Part shown: positions 1-8,891 of the stretch, piece by piece
How the letters are laid out: every line of letters starts with the position of its first letter
Numbering within the stretch: the stretch's first letter is position 1
IMG/VR virus record: IMGVR_UViG_3300037493_005727
Coordinates: 69,091 to 133,090 of that record
Direction: 5' to 3' (one strand)
Source of the DNA: a virus
Length of the DNA stretch: 64,000 bases
Notes under the pieces: model-generated
What the model saw: only the letters and a program-made list of their open reading frames with translations
Database searches by the model: none
Told to the model about the DNA's origin: nothing
Program-made: the position numbers and the translations under genes

Positions 1-220
1 GGCGCGCGTTGGGAGTGATCGTCTTGGCGGCTGAAGGGTCCACCAGGATTCGACCTAGACCTTTGTCCATCTCACGCTGTACCGCTGGAGCGAGAAGGGC
101 TCTGACTTCCTTCGGGACTATTTTTTTCTGAAACTCCTGCATCTTGGCGGCGTAGGGGCTCTTCATTTGTGCTTTGGTAGGAATAGCCATAGCCCCCATC
201 ATGCTGAGATCCTTGGGCAT
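1..220 (-). CDS. hypothetical protein, 3' end truncated by window edge
   Basis: Minus-strand ATG at 220-218 opens a reading frame that runs to position 1 with no stop (MPKDLSMMGAMAIPTKAQMKSPYAAKMQEF...). It is not in the supplied ORF track because it runs off the edge. Confidence 0.3.
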   Translation of the reverse strand, partial: MPKDLSMMGAMAIPTKAQMKSPYAAKMQEFQKKIVPKEVRALLAPAVQREMDKGLGRILVDPSAAKTITPNAR

Positions 221-325
221 GCGATCAACTTTGATACGCGGAGCTACAACCTTGTTGAGCGTCGCCAAGTCCAGCGCGAACTTCTCATACGCCGCGAACA
301 CGCCTAGACGGTAGTACCGCAAGGG

Positions 326-886
326 TCACCACCCCTTCGGAATCGAAGCACGGAGGCAGAAGATCGTGTTGTTGCCTCGCTTCAGCCCCAACGTAGTCCA
401 GAAGGACTTCGGGAGCTCCCCTTCGGAGATGGGCCAGCTAGGGAGCTCATTCGGCTTCCTGGTGTGCAGGCCACCCTGCCAGAGCCCAATGATGCGCGTA
501 TGGGCCGCGGCGGTGCACTGCAGCGTGTCGACGAGGTACTTCGAGAAGTCGTAGCCTGCGCTGCCTTGGAACGTTGAGCACGTGCGGAACCAGAGCACGC
601 TGCGTGAGGTGACCTTTCCAACGAGCTTCTTGAAGTAGCTGCGGTCAACGCTCTTGCCCGCCAGCCACGCAGTCCCAGGGCTGCCATGGCCCCAGTACTG
701 AATCGAGCTCAGCGTCCCTGGCTGCTGCTCGAGCCAGGAGAAGGCATCCTCCCAGGACGTCGCGGCGTGGTACGCATCCAGCTTTCCGAAGAGCTTGTGC
801 AGGAAGCAGCCGATCTTCCAGGTGAGGGCGAGAAACGCCTGATTGAAGCCAACACCGGGGTTCTTGTCGTAGATGGCGACGCGCAT
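326..886 (-). CDS. hypothetical protein
   Basis: 186-aa ORF of protein-like composition. The overlapping ORFs 382..687- and 366..554+ are R/S-rich or short. Its start sits 16 bp from a divergent gene. Confidence 0.55.
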   Translation of the reverse strand: MRVAIYDKNPGVGFNQAFLALTWKIGCFLHKLFGKLDAYHAATSWEDAFSWLEQQPGTLSSIQYWGHGSPGTAWLAGKSVDRSYFKKLVGKVTSRSVLWFRTCSTFQGSAGYDFSKYLVDTLQCTAAAHTRIIGLWQGGLHTRKPNELPSWPISEGELPKSFWTTLGLKRGNNTIFCLRASIPKGW

Positions 887-902
887 GTCCTAAATTTAGG
901 TC

Positions 903-1253
903 ATGTACGAATACAAAGCCACGGTGATTCGGGTCGTAGACGGTGACACGGTAGACCTGGACATTGATCTAGGCATGCGCGTCCACGTCAAAGAGCGGGT
1001 TCGCATCGCAGGCATCGACACGCCGGAGAAGAACTCGAAGGTCGCAGAGGAGCGTACGGCTGCGCTCGCTGCTTCAGCGTTCCTGCAGGAGCTGCTCAAG
1101 AACCCCGCCGTCATGGTCCGCACGCAGAAGGACGCCCAGGAGAAGTACGGGCGCTACCTTGCGACGATCATCAATTTCGACGGGGTCGACTGTGGCGCTG
1201 AGCTCATCAAGCTGGGCCACGCAGTGGTGTACTTCGGCGGGGCGAAGAGCTAA
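903..1253 (+). CDS. thermonuclease (staphylococcal nuclease/SNase-like)
   Basis: VIRVVDGDT...RIAGIDTPE...KYGRYLA matches the SNase catalytic/Ca-binding motifs (DGDT, R-x-GID-PE, YGR-LA). Confidence 0.8.
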   Translation: MYEYKATVIRVVDGDTVDLDIDLGMRVHVKERVRIAGIDTPEKNSKVAEERTAALAASAFLQELLKNPAVMVRTQKDAQEKYGRYLATIINFDGVDCGAELIKLGHAVVYFGGAKS

Positions 1254-1282
1254 AGAAAACCGTCGTACAGACCGGTCTTTCT

Positions 1283-2092
1283 TCAACCCTTCCTGATGAG
1301 GTGCTCTCCCAGGAAAGCGTCCAACGCCAGCATCCACTCAGGGTGCGCGTCCTCACGGGAGTACTGAGCCTTGTGCAGCGCGGCCAAGAACTCCTTCACG
1401 TCGTGGATCCCGAGCAGCTTCCGCGCGTACAGCGAGCCGTAGCGCTCCGTACGCATTCCACCGTACGCCTTCGGGTCGGGGACGCTCCGGTAGAGCGTGC
1501 TGTGCTTGCGCTGCAATGCCTGATTGAGCTTCTTGTGGAGGTACGGCGTCTCAGTGAGCAGCTTGCGAAGAAGCTGAACCCTGTAGCCGTCCTGCAGGTA
1601 GGACTTGCCGTACCGGCGCTTCCGCTCAGAAGCGTACTTCGCCTCACGGATCTCCTTCTCCGCGTCGAACTCCTTCAGGAACTGAACGTGCGTCACCGCG
1701 TGACGCCCAATGGTAGTCGGCGGCATCATCGCCCGGAGCTGCGTCAGACGCTCCTTGGGTGCGCCCTCCGTCACCTTGGGAGCCCACCGCATCAGCGGGG
1801 CCACCTTGTCGTAGCTGCGCCGGTCACCGACGACATGCCCCACGTTGATGCGGGTCTTCTTGTCGACGGTCGCGAAGTCCTCTTCGATGTCCGGGAGCTC
1901 GTCGTTGTACGGCTTGTCCCTGGAAGCAAGGTGAGCGAGCGTCTTGACTCCGCGCCGCCCTGCCTTCTTGACCAGCGCTTTCCTCCGCTTGGCCGTGTCT
2001 CGCCGCTTACAGGGCAGAACAGAGCGCATCATGTCCAGCGTCTTCTCCTCGTGATTCTTCACTTTCCCCTCCAAGTAAATGGTGGTCAGCAC
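1283..2092 (-). CDS. hypothetical protein
   Basis: 269-aa ORF with mixed composition. The opposite-strand 1301..2167 ORF is Leu/Arg-rich, as expected for a GC-rich antisense artefact. Confidence 0.55.
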   Translation of the reverse strand: MLTTIYLEGKVKNHEEKTLDMMRSVLPCKRRDTAKRRKALVKKAGRRGVKTLAHLASRDKPYNDELPDIEEDFATVDKKTRINVGHVVGDRRSYDKVAPLMRWAPKVTEGAPKERLTQLRAMMPPTTIGRHAVTHVQFLKEFDAEKEIREAKYASERKRRYGKSYLQDGYRVQLLRKLLTETPYLHKKLNQALQRKHSTLYRSVPDPKAYGGMRTERYGSLYARKLLGIHDVKEFLAALHKAQYSREDAHPEWMLALDAFLGEHLIRKG

Positions 2093-2139
2093 ACCTTATA
2101 CCCAGGAGATCACGTCTCTTTGTGCTCGGGCCTGACGAA

Positions 2140-2391
2140 CTATCCGCCGCTCGTGGTCACACCGTAGACGCTGACCGTGTTCGCGCAGCCGCATGAAGAA
2201 ACGTGCGGAGCGAAGACGTTCCGACACAGAGGGCATTGCCAGCCCTGCGGCACGGAGGGGAAGGGGGTCAGCGTAATAGCCGGGCCAATGATCGTTGTCG
2301 GGATCGTGACGGTTACTTGCGGCGTGTGCATGGGACAGCGCCCCGACGTGGTGAGGCGGCAGGCTTCGCACTCTTCAAGGACTTGCATCAT
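2140..2391 (-). CDS. small Cys-rich hypothetical protein
   Basis: 83 aa with a CEAC...CPMH...CPLC...CGC cysteine pattern. Its 5' end overlaps the stop of the upstream minus-strand gene, consistent with operon chaining. Confidence 0.4.
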   Translation of the reverse strand: MMQVLEECEACRLTTSGRCPMHTPQVTVTIPTTIIGPAITLTPFPSVPQGWQCPLCRNVFAPHVSSCGCANTVSVYGVTTSGG

Positions 2392-2758
2392 CGTCTTTCT
2401 CCTTCTTCATTTCCTCGAGAGGATGACCGAGCTCGTACGCGGTCAGTTGCGGCGCTGGGGGCTCTACGTCCGGCGCGGGGACGAGTTGTACCACCGGCTT
2501 TCCACTGAAACCAGCGGGCGTCAAAGCGAACTCCACGTAGCGCTGCAGCGCGTCGTAGCTAAAAAATTCGACCACGAGGATCAGGCACGACTCCGTGAAG
2601 AGTTGTCCTGGTTGCCAGGGCTGCTTCACCCTGACTTCCACGCGGTCGAACTGAGCGTAGCCCTTGGGCCTGTACGTCCCCACACCCAGAGCCGCGTAGT
2701 ACGCGGATAGGCGGAGGACGTACGGGGTGATCCCAGCGAGTTGTTGCTCTTTGCTCAT
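2375..2758 (-). CDS. hypothetical protein
   Basis: 127-aa ORF. The opposite 2177..2710+ ORF is Arg-rich and rejected. Confidence 0.5.
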   Translation of the reverse strand: MSKEQQLAGITPYVLRLSAYYAALGVGTYRPKGYAQFDRVEVRVKQPWQPGQLFTESCLILVVEFFSYDALQRYVEFALTPAGFSGKPVVQLVPAPDVEPPAPQLTAYELGHPLEEMKKEKDDDASP

Positions 2759-2773
2759 GCTGGCCCCAAAACG

Positions 2774-3016
2774 TCAATCACACCAAGACCGTAAACAGGA
2801 AGGGCACCCTGTCACGAGAACGGTTCCGTCTTCTCCTCGCTGTATGAGGCGTTGAAGGACATCACACCGGCACGTTGGGCACTTCTCGAACATGAAGAAC
2901 GGTGCTCCGGTACGAACGCAAAGCTCCTTCTGGTTATTGGTGAAGGTCTTCCTCTGCGCCTCGGTGACGGGGGCTATTGAGTCTCCTTTCGCCACGGTAA
3001 AGATCAAATCTCTCAT
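2774..3016 (-). CDS. hypothetical zinc-ribbon protein (start trimmed to internal Met)
   Basis: The track ORF 2774..3121 overlaps the upstream gene by >100 nt. The internal Met gives an ATGA overlap at 3013-3016. C-terminal CPTCRC...CPSC pattern. Confidence 0.4.
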   Translation of the reverse strand: MRDLIFTVAKGDSIAPVTEAQRKTFTNNQKELCVRTGAPFFMFEKCPTCRCDVLQRLIQRGEDGTVLVTGCPSCLRSWCD

Positions 3017-3312
3017 GTATTCTCCTGTTCGAGCTCCACCGTCAGCAAGAACACCAAGCAGCACATCGCATGCGCCAGGTGATGGTGCCCCGACTCTTCG
3101 TCGTGACTCTGGCCCATCCACCAGTCGTTGATGTGCCGCATCGCTGCGTCGTAGTAGCGCTTCCTCGAGTCGGGGACCTTGCGCCAGTTGTCTTCCTCGT
3201 ACTTCCTCGCGCCGTACTCGAGCACGTCGACCACGGCGTACAGCGCCTTCGTCGGGAAGAGACTGAACCGACGCTTCTGTTGATCGTTCTTCACGCCTTG
3301 TTTTAGCTTCAA
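3013..3312 (-). CDS. putative dATP/dGTP diphosphohydrolase-like N-terminal-domain protein (DUF550-like)
   Basis: LEYGARKYEEDNWRK resembles the GA-x-KY-x3-NW signature I associate with this phage domain family. Assigned from memory, so moderate confidence. Confidence 0.45.
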   Translation of the reverse strand: MKLKQGVKNDQQKRRFSLFPTKALYAVVDVLEYGARKYEEDNWRKVPDSRKRYYDAAMRHINDWWMGQSHDEESGHHHLAHAMCCLVFLLTVELEQENT

Positions 3313-3629
3313 GACTCCTCCAGAAACTTGATGTGATCGACGAGCTTATCTACGACGACTTCGAACGCCTGAAGGTAGCGGCGGGTAACCACCGCCAACA
3401 ACCACGTGTCATCCCCACGGCTAGGCGAGGTTGCCTCTGCGTAACGCATCTCACCCAAGATCATCTCAACCGTCGTTTCGTCAGGACGGAACTCCGTTGA
3501 GTCGAACGGACACTTCTTGTCGGTGTGGTATTTGAGCGGCTGACTGCAAGAGGTACATGGGATCCAGGACGGAAACATCGATCCGCCCGGGGATAGCTGG
3601 GTCAGAGGAAAATCTGTGTCGGCGGTCAC
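3309..3629 (-). CDS. hypothetical protein
   Basis: 106-aa ORF with ATGA-type chaining to its neighbours. Confidence 0.45.
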   Translation of the reverse strand: MTADTDFPLTQLSPGGSMFPSWIPCTSCSQPLKYHTDKKCPFDSTEFRPDETTVEMILGEMRYAEATSPSRGDDTWLLAVVTRRYLQAFEVVVDKLVDHIKFLEES

Positions 3630-4018
3630 ACACCACCAGGAAACTTCGTGGCCCTCAACATGTCTACGAGCTCTTCCCCGACTTGTGACTCCACGTCACG
3701 AACGACCGTCAGCTCACCGCTCGTACGGAGCAAGTGGACCTGGTCGATGTTGGTGGGATCTTCCCTCGAGGCTACGAACGCTTTCTCGGTGGGGTACACG
3801 AAGAGCTCTGTACTCTCACCGAAGGGGATTCGGTAATACGACTGAGGGAACCAGAGGCGAGCTCCCTCTGCATCGCAGACCACGCCATGCGACCAGCGGG
3901 CAAAGAGCCACCGTACGGCGAGCTCCATCAGCTCGACGGGGTGGCTTGTTGCGATGATTGCGTCGATTCCGCCGGGGGTCATTCGGGCTCCTTCATCACG
4001 GTTTATCCGGTATTCCAT
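3626..4018 (-). CDS. hypothetical protein
   Basis: 130-aa ORF chained to the downstream gene. Confidence 0.45.
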   Translation of the reverse strand: MEYRINRDEGARMTPGGIDAIIATSHPVELMELAVRWLFARWSHGVVCDAEGARLWFPQSYYRIPFGESTELFVYPTEKAFVASREDPTNIDQVHLLRTSGELTVVRDVESQVGEELVDMLRATKFPGGV

Positions 4019-4268
4019 TCCGCTCTAGATCTCTCAACGTTTGTTTCAGGAAGGCTGCCATCTCTTCCTGGACTTTAGGAGTTGCGAACTCCCCAGCGAA
4101 ACGATCCGTGAGTAAGCGCTTGGCTATCTGTGCGCGCGGTTCGTACTCGAACATCGACGCCTGGAAGAGACACTTCCCGTCCAGGTGTCGGTCGGCGAGC
4201 TCACCACAGTGGCGGCAGAAAAACGTGACTACGCACGACGGGCTGAGGACCCAGGCGACCGTCTTCAC
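3996..4268 (-). CDS. small CxHC...KCLF-motif protein (paralog family, member 1)
   Basis: FFCRHCGELADRHLDGKCLFQASMFE shares the C-(R/K)-HC...H...KCLF-(E/D)-A-(S/T) core with ORFs at 9737..10021 and 10018..10221. A GTG at 4268-4266 overlaps the stop of the RyR-domain gene (GTGA). The R-rich N-terminal part of the track ORF (to 4502) is rejected. Confidence 0.45.
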   Translation of the reverse strand: MKTVAWVLSPSCVVTFFCRHCGELADRHLDGKCLFQASMFEYEPRAQIAKRLLTDRFAGEFATPKVQEEMAAFLKQTLRDLERNGIPDKP

Positions 4269-4609
4269 GCCAGCTGCTTGACCACGGCGCGGAAGAGGTA
4301 GTCCTTCGCCTTGTCGACGGGCCTGAGCTCGGCGTACGGAAGGAAGCACGGGTGCTCCTTCTTCTCGGCGTCCTTCACCGGGCCGTACTTCCAGCCGGTC
4401 GCCTTCTTCTCCGCGAGCCACACCTCGTGGGACTGCTCCGGCGTGGTGTCGGGGTTGGCTACGTGGTGCTTCACGCCGTTGATGGCGGAGATCTTCTGCC
4501 ACTCAGGGGCCTGCTCCCAGGGAAGCTGAGAGAAGTCGCTCATGCTCGTGCAGTAGGCGCGGTTCACTTCGTGTGCAACCTTGGCGATGTATTCGACGTC
4601 TTTGTTCAC
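4265..4609 (-). CDS. RyR-domain protein
   Basis: ATGWKYGPVKDAEKKEHPCFLPYAELRPVDKAKDY matches the bacterial/phage RyR-domain motif GW-YGP...K-HP-LVPY-EL. Start placed at GTG 4609-4607, preceded by AGGAG with a 6-nt spacer. The long R-rich N-terminal extension of the track ORF (to 5014) overlaps a membrane-protein gene and is rejected. Confidence 0.6.
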   Translation of the reverse strand: MNKDVEYIAKVAHEVNRAYCTSMSDFSQLPWEQAPEWQKISAINGVKHHVANPDTTPEQSHEVWLAEKKATGWKYGPVKDAEKKEHPCFLPYAELRPVDKAKDYLFRAVVKQLA

Positions 4610-4623
4610 TTGAGACTCCTTGG

Positions 4624-5109
4624 TTACGAGATCGGCCCAACGGGGCCTGTGGGTCCAACTGCCTGCGCGGTGATCGTCCAGGTGTGAATCAGCCCCGCCA
4701 GCATAGCGCGAGGTGGTTTGGGCTCTTTCGAGGCCAAGCCCATCGATACGATGGCGAGTCCCATCGGGCCAAAGGGCGCTGGCTGTGGGATGAGCGAAAG
4801 AATTGGCGGCGTGAGAGTCGCGGGAGTTCCGAGAGTCCCCCACGCCGCCAGCATTGCGTTCCCCAGTGCCGTGAAGAACACGACGGGCACGGGCACGGGC
4901 TCCAATGCTCCCATGAGGATCCCCTTGAAAGACGACTCGACGAGGGCTCGGCCGCCCCCGCCAGGGATCAGATACGTCATGTTTTGCGCGTAGGTCCACC
5001 ACACGTTGAACCATGCTTGCGCTGCCTGCTGCTTGTCCTTGGGGTTCGGCCCGCCGGAGGCGTCGAGCTTCACCAGCTCCTGCTCAAGGATGTTCGGGAG
5101 CAGAGGCAC
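4624..5109 (-). CDS. hypothetical membrane protein
   Basis: 161 aa with long hydrophobic stretches (VPVPVVFFTALGNAMLAAWGTLG..., LIPQPAPFGPMGLAIVSMGLA). Confidence 0.5.
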   Translation of the reverse strand: MPLLPNILEQELVKLDASGGPNPKDKQQAAQAWFNVWWTYAQNMTYLIPGGGGRALVESSFKGILMGALEPVPVPVVFFTALGNAMLAAWGTLGTPATLTPPILSLIPQPAPFGPMGLAIVSMGLASKEPKPPRAMLAGLIHTWTITAQAVGPTGPVGPIS

Positions 5110-5116
5110 GACGCCC

Positions 5117-5320
5117 TCACTTTACCGAGGAAACCGGGAGGTACCCCTCGAAGGCAAATTCCTTCAACGGGTCCGTCCGGGCGAGGACGACCTTCATCGT
5201 CAAGACGCCGGTCTCGCAGACCTTACAGAGAGCGGCGATCTGCGCCCGCCCATTGCCACGAACCACCAGCAGAGCGTTCGTGTGGTCAGTGATCTCAGCG
5301 CCACAGTTTGAGCAGGTCAT
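5117..5320 (-). CDS. small zinc-ribbon protein
   Basis: 67 aa carrying CSNCG...CKVCE. Confidence 0.45.
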   Translation of the reverse strand: MTCSNCGAEITDHTNALLVVRGNGRAQIAALCKVCETGVLTMKVVLARTDPLKEFAFEGYLPVSSVK

Positions 5321-5610
5321 CGGCTTACTCCAACGTAGTCAAAATTCCGGTACCCTACGTCCTCGTGCTTGAAATGCAGCGCGAACAACGCGCCACACTT
5401 CTTACACGGGACGAGCGTCCTAGGGTTGTCGTTCCTGTTGGCGATACAGATCGCCGAGTTCTCGAAGTAATTGTCCACAGGCTCGTGAGCACCTTCGCAC
5501 GAAAGCATCGTCTTCGGATCCGTGGGACGACTGGCCTGCGCGACCGTAGCAGCGAGACCAGCGCCCACGCCGAACAGGCCGCCTAGAGAAAGAAAGCTTC
5601 GTCGGTTCAT
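5317..5610 (-). CDS. secreted protein with Tat-type signal peptide
   Basis: N-terminus MNRRSFLSLGGLFGVGAGLAATVAQA (twin-arginine RRxFL followed by a hydrophobic core and AxA). Confidence 0.5.
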   Translation of the reverse strand: MNRRSFLSLGGLFGVGAGLAATVAQASRPTDPKTMLSCEGAHEPVDNYFENSAICIANRNDNPRTLVPCKKCGALFALHFKHEDVGYRNFDYVGVSR

Positions 5611-6152
5611 TTGACCTCATTCATGTGAGTACGCGCCAGCTTAACTTCACGAACTACGGGACCAAGACGGAGCATCTCCTCCGAAGTGAATCCTGTACCA
5701 CGGATCCGGTTGCAGTCGCCACAACACGGAACGACGTTGCTCTGCGAATACTCTTTGGCGTCGTCTACCCGGTCAAGCCCATGGCCCCACAGAGGCAATG
5801 GGAAGCCGCAGTATCGGCACGCTTGTAGCCTCAGTACCGTGAACTCCTCGAAGGTGATGTTCCACACGATACCACGTTTCTTAGCTAGCCGCTTGCCCTC
5901 AGCGAATCTAGCGACAACCTTGATCTTCTGCGCCTTCTTTGCGGCTTTGCATTTATCAGTCTTGTTGTACGCCTGCTGGTACGCTTTACCTTCAGGACTG
6001 CGGCTCCGGGCTAAAGCGCTCTTTAGGTTGATCGGATCTGTATGGTACGCGTGCGCGTACGCCTTTCGCTCAGGGCGTTGCTGCCAGTGCTTGTTGCAGA
6101 GTCCCCGACCGTAGTGCTTAGCGCCACAGTCGGGGACGGTACAGAGCTTCAT
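5607..6152 (-). CDS. HNH endonuclease
   Basis: CRYCG...GLDRVDDAKEYSQSNVVPCCGDCNRIRG is an HNH core (His/Asn plus CxxC pairs), with an N-terminal CxxC...C-x2-H zinc knuckle. Confidence 0.75.
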   Translation of the reverse strand: MKLCTVPDCGAKHYGRGLCNKHWQQRPERKAYAHAYHTDPINLKSALARSRSPEGKAYQQAYNKTDKCKAAKKAQKIKVVARFAEGKRLAKKRGIVWNITFEEFTVLRLQACRYCGFPLPLWGHGLDRVDDAKEYSQSNVVPCCGDCNRIRGTGFTSEEMLRLGPVVREVKLARTHMNEVK

Positions 6153-8879
6153 TTACCCGCAACCCGTGGTCGAGCCACAAGAGACGCAAACCCAACAACT
6201 ACCGGCGCGAACCGTCAAATTTCCGCAGCTACGACACGGGTCTCCGTGCATGCTAGACGGTGGAAGGACTGGAGTGGGGGCTGAGGAACTCTCCTTAGGC
6301 GCCTGAGGAAGCAGGAACCGGATCTCCATCCACTTCGCTAGGTAATCGGCGATAGAATCGGCTCGAGGGATCTCCTTATTGCCGGTGAATCCGGAGGGCT
6401 CAAAACGAACGCCACGGAACTTCTCAAGGAGCGTACCCAGCGGTACTCCGTACTGGAGTCCTACTGAGATCGCCGTAGCAGCCATATCCACCAGGCCGTG
6501 AAGGGTTGAGCCTGCCTTTGAGATCGAAAGGAAGACTTCCCCAGGGGTACCATCATCATTCAGCCCTGCGTGAATGTAGCCATCTTGGCCCGCGATACTG
6601 AACTTATGGGTCACACTCATCCGCTCATCTGACAGACGCTTACGCTCGCCCCACCGAAGGTGCGACTTGCCTTCCTCGAACTCTTTGATGGTCTTCTTCA
6701 AGGCGCTCTTGAGCTCTTCTGACTGCTCTGCGTCGAGCGTCTTGGCTTCTTCTTTCTTGCTCGTCTTGGCGGACACAGGCTGGCTCGCCTTGCAGCCGTC
6801 GCGGTAGATGGCCACGCACTTCAGGCCAAGTTCCCACGACCGCATGTACGCATTGGCGACGTCACCGACGGTAGCGCTGTTCGGCATGTTGACGGTCTTG
6901 CTGATGCCGCCACTGAGGAACGGCTGAACGGCGGCCATCATCAGCAGGTGTCCATCGGTGCTGATCTGGTCAGAGCCGATGGCCGTCTGGAAGACCTTGC
7001 GGTGAGCGGGGCTGAAGATGGGAGGAGAGTGCGTCCCTTCCAGGTCAGCCATGAGCATCTCGAGGTCTGAGTTCACGTAACCAAGGTTACGCGCTGCATC
7101 TACGGCGATACGGTTCGGCATCTTCACGTAGCCACCACCGACGAGCTTCTTGTGCTGCACCAGCGCCAACATCGGCTCGATGCCCGTCGTGTCGCAGTCC
7201 ATCATGAAGCCGATGGTGCCTGTGGGAGCCAGCACTGAGATCTGGCTGTTGCGGTAGCCGTTCTGCTTGCCTGCTGCGAGAGCGGCGGACCACTCCTCGT
7301 TGGCCATGCGGATCGTCGTGTGGTGGCGCTGCGGAAGCTTCTCCGACGCCTCCTTGTGCATCTCGATGACGTTGAGCATCGCCTGCTTGTTGTCGGCGTA
7401 GTAGTCGAACGCACCGACGGACTGAGCCATGATGGCGCTCATCTTATAGCCCGTCGCGGTCATCAGCGACGTGAGGCCTGCAGCGAACTCACGACCCTCA
7501 GGAGAGTCGTAAGCGAGCCCCTTCACCATCAGCAGCGAGCCGAGGTTCGCGTAGCCAATCCCCAGCGGGCGAGAGGCCTTGGTGTGCTTGGTGATCTGCG
7601 GCGTGGGATAGTCGGCCATCCCACAGAGGATCTCCATCGCTACGATGCAGACTTCAGTGGCCTTGGAGAAAGCCACTGCATCGAACTCGGATCCAGGTCC
7701 CTTGATGAACTTGAGCAGGTTAAAGCTGCCCAGGTTGCACGACGTGTCGTCGAGGTGCAGAAACTCCGAGCACGGGTTGCTGCTGTTGATGCGGCCGGTG
7801 TTGGGGAGTGTGTGCCACTTGTTCGTAGTGGTGTCGAACTGGATTCCGGGGTCACCGCTAGCCCAAGTCGCCTTAGCAATCTCATCCCACAGCTCCCGTG
7901 CCTTGTACGTGTGGACTGTCTCGTTGGTGGTGCGTGACTTCGTCTGAAACGCCTGGTCGTCGATGACCTTGCGCATGAAGAAGTCGGTCACACGAACGGA
8001 GTTGTTGGCGTTCTGGAACGGCGACAGATCGTAGGCGTTGCCCGGCTGGTTGAACTCAGCGCTGAAGCCTGCAGCGATGAGCGCCTGTGCGATCTTCTCT
8101 GCTTCGGTCTTGCAGTGAATGAAGCCAGGCTGGCCGTTTGCCTGTACGAGGATGTCGGGATGGTCCGCGTTCAGCACGACCATCTTGGCAGCGCGCCGCG
8201 TGGTGCCGCCCGACTTGGTGACGCCAGCCCCTGAGTCGAGCCAGCGCATGAAGCTCACCGGGCCTGAGGGCGTGCCGCCACCTGAGAGCGTCTCGTAGCT
8301 ACTACGGATCTTGGAGAGGTTGCTCCCTGCGCCAGAGCCACCCTTGAACAGCTTGATCTCGGTGCGTCCGAGCTCGGTGATGCTCTCCATCGTATCTTCG
8401 ACGCCGTTGATGAAGCAGGCACTCGCCTGCTGAGATACGCCGGGGACGCCGATGTTGAACCACACCGGAGAGTTGAAGGCGAACATCTGGTGCAGCAGCA
8501 TGTACGTGAGCTCCTGCTCGAACACGAGAGAGGTCTCGAGAGAGAGGAGGAACTGCTCGTAGCCCGCTTTCGCGATGGTGTGCGCCACACGAGTGACGAG
8601 CTGCTTGACAGAGTTCTCCTTCACTCCGTTGACGACGCGGAAGTACTTCTCGGCGACGATGTTGACGGCCCTGTCGCTCCAGGACTCCGGCGCCTCGACG
8701 TCCTTCTGCTCGAAGACTGCTTCACCCTTGGCGTTCTTGATGCTGGCGTCGCGCTTCGTCCACTTCACGGAGTCGAACGGGTGACCGTGCTTGCTGAAGT
8801 ACAGATCAAAGGAGAGAGAAGACTTTGTGGGGATGACAGATGCTTGCCCTTCGTTCGAAGGGGTAACTTGCACGTCCAT
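6153..8879 (-). CDS. nrdJ: ribonucleotide reductase, class II (adenosylcobalamin-dependent) large subunit
   Basis: 908 aa. NPCSEFLHLDDTSCNLGSFNL is the RNR active-site NPC(G/S)E...C-N-L loop. The C-terminal Cys-rich tail CRSCGNL...CWVCVSCG is typical of class II RNRs. No partner small-subunit gene is visible nearby. Confidence 0.88.
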   Translation of the reverse strand: MDVQVTPSNEGQASVIPTKSSLSFDLYFSKHGHPFDSVKWTKRDASIKNAKGEAVFEQKDVEAPESWSDRAVNIVAEKYFRVVNGVKENSVKQLVTRVAHTIAKAGYEQFLLSLETSLVFEQELTYMLLHQMFAFNSPVWFNIGVPGVSQQASACFINGVEDTMESITELGRTEIKLFKGGSGAGSNLSKIRSSYETLSGGGTPSGPVSFMRWLDSGAGVTKSGGTTRRAAKMVVLNADHPDILVQANGQPGFIHCKTEAEKIAQALIAAGFSAEFNQPGNAYDLSPFQNANNSVRVTDFFMRKVIDDQAFQTKSRTTNETVHTYKARELWDEIAKATWASGDPGIQFDTTTNKWHTLPNTGRINSSNPCSEFLHLDDTSCNLGSFNLLKFIKGPGSEFDAVAFSKATEVCIVAMEILCGMADYPTPQITKHTKASRPLGIGYANLGSLLMVKGLAYDSPEGREFAAGLTSLMTATGYKMSAIMAQSVGAFDYYADNKQAMLNVIEMHKEASEKLPQRHHTTIRMANEEWSAALAAGKQNGYRNSQISVLAPTGTIGFMMDCDTTGIEPMLALVQHKKLVGGGYVKMPNRIAVDAARNLGYVNSDLEMLMADLEGTHSPPIFSPAHRKVFQTAIGSDQISTDGHLLMMAAVQPFLSGGISKTVNMPNSATVGDVANAYMRSWELGLKCVAIYRDGCKASQPVSAKTSKKEEAKTLDAEQSEELKSALKKTIKEFEEGKSHLRWGERKRLSDERMSVTHKFSIAGQDGYIHAGLNDDGTPGEVFLSISKAGSTLHGLVDMAATAISVGLQYGVPLGTLLEKFRGVRFEPSGFTGNKEIPRADSIADYLAKWMEIRFLLPQAPKESSSAPTPVLPPSSMHGDPCRSCGNLTVRAGSCWVCVSCGSTTGCG

Positions 8880-8891
8880 GAATCACCTTGG

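Noticed and set aside
1301-2167. 288-aa plus-strand ORF
   Set aside because: Leu/Arg/Val-rich with no motifs; the typical antisense shadow of a real minus-strand gene (1283..2092) in GC-rich DNA.
4352-5292. Plus-strand ORFs of 111 and 239 aa
   Set aside because: Arg/Gly/Pro-rich shadows opposite the RyR and membrane-protein genes.
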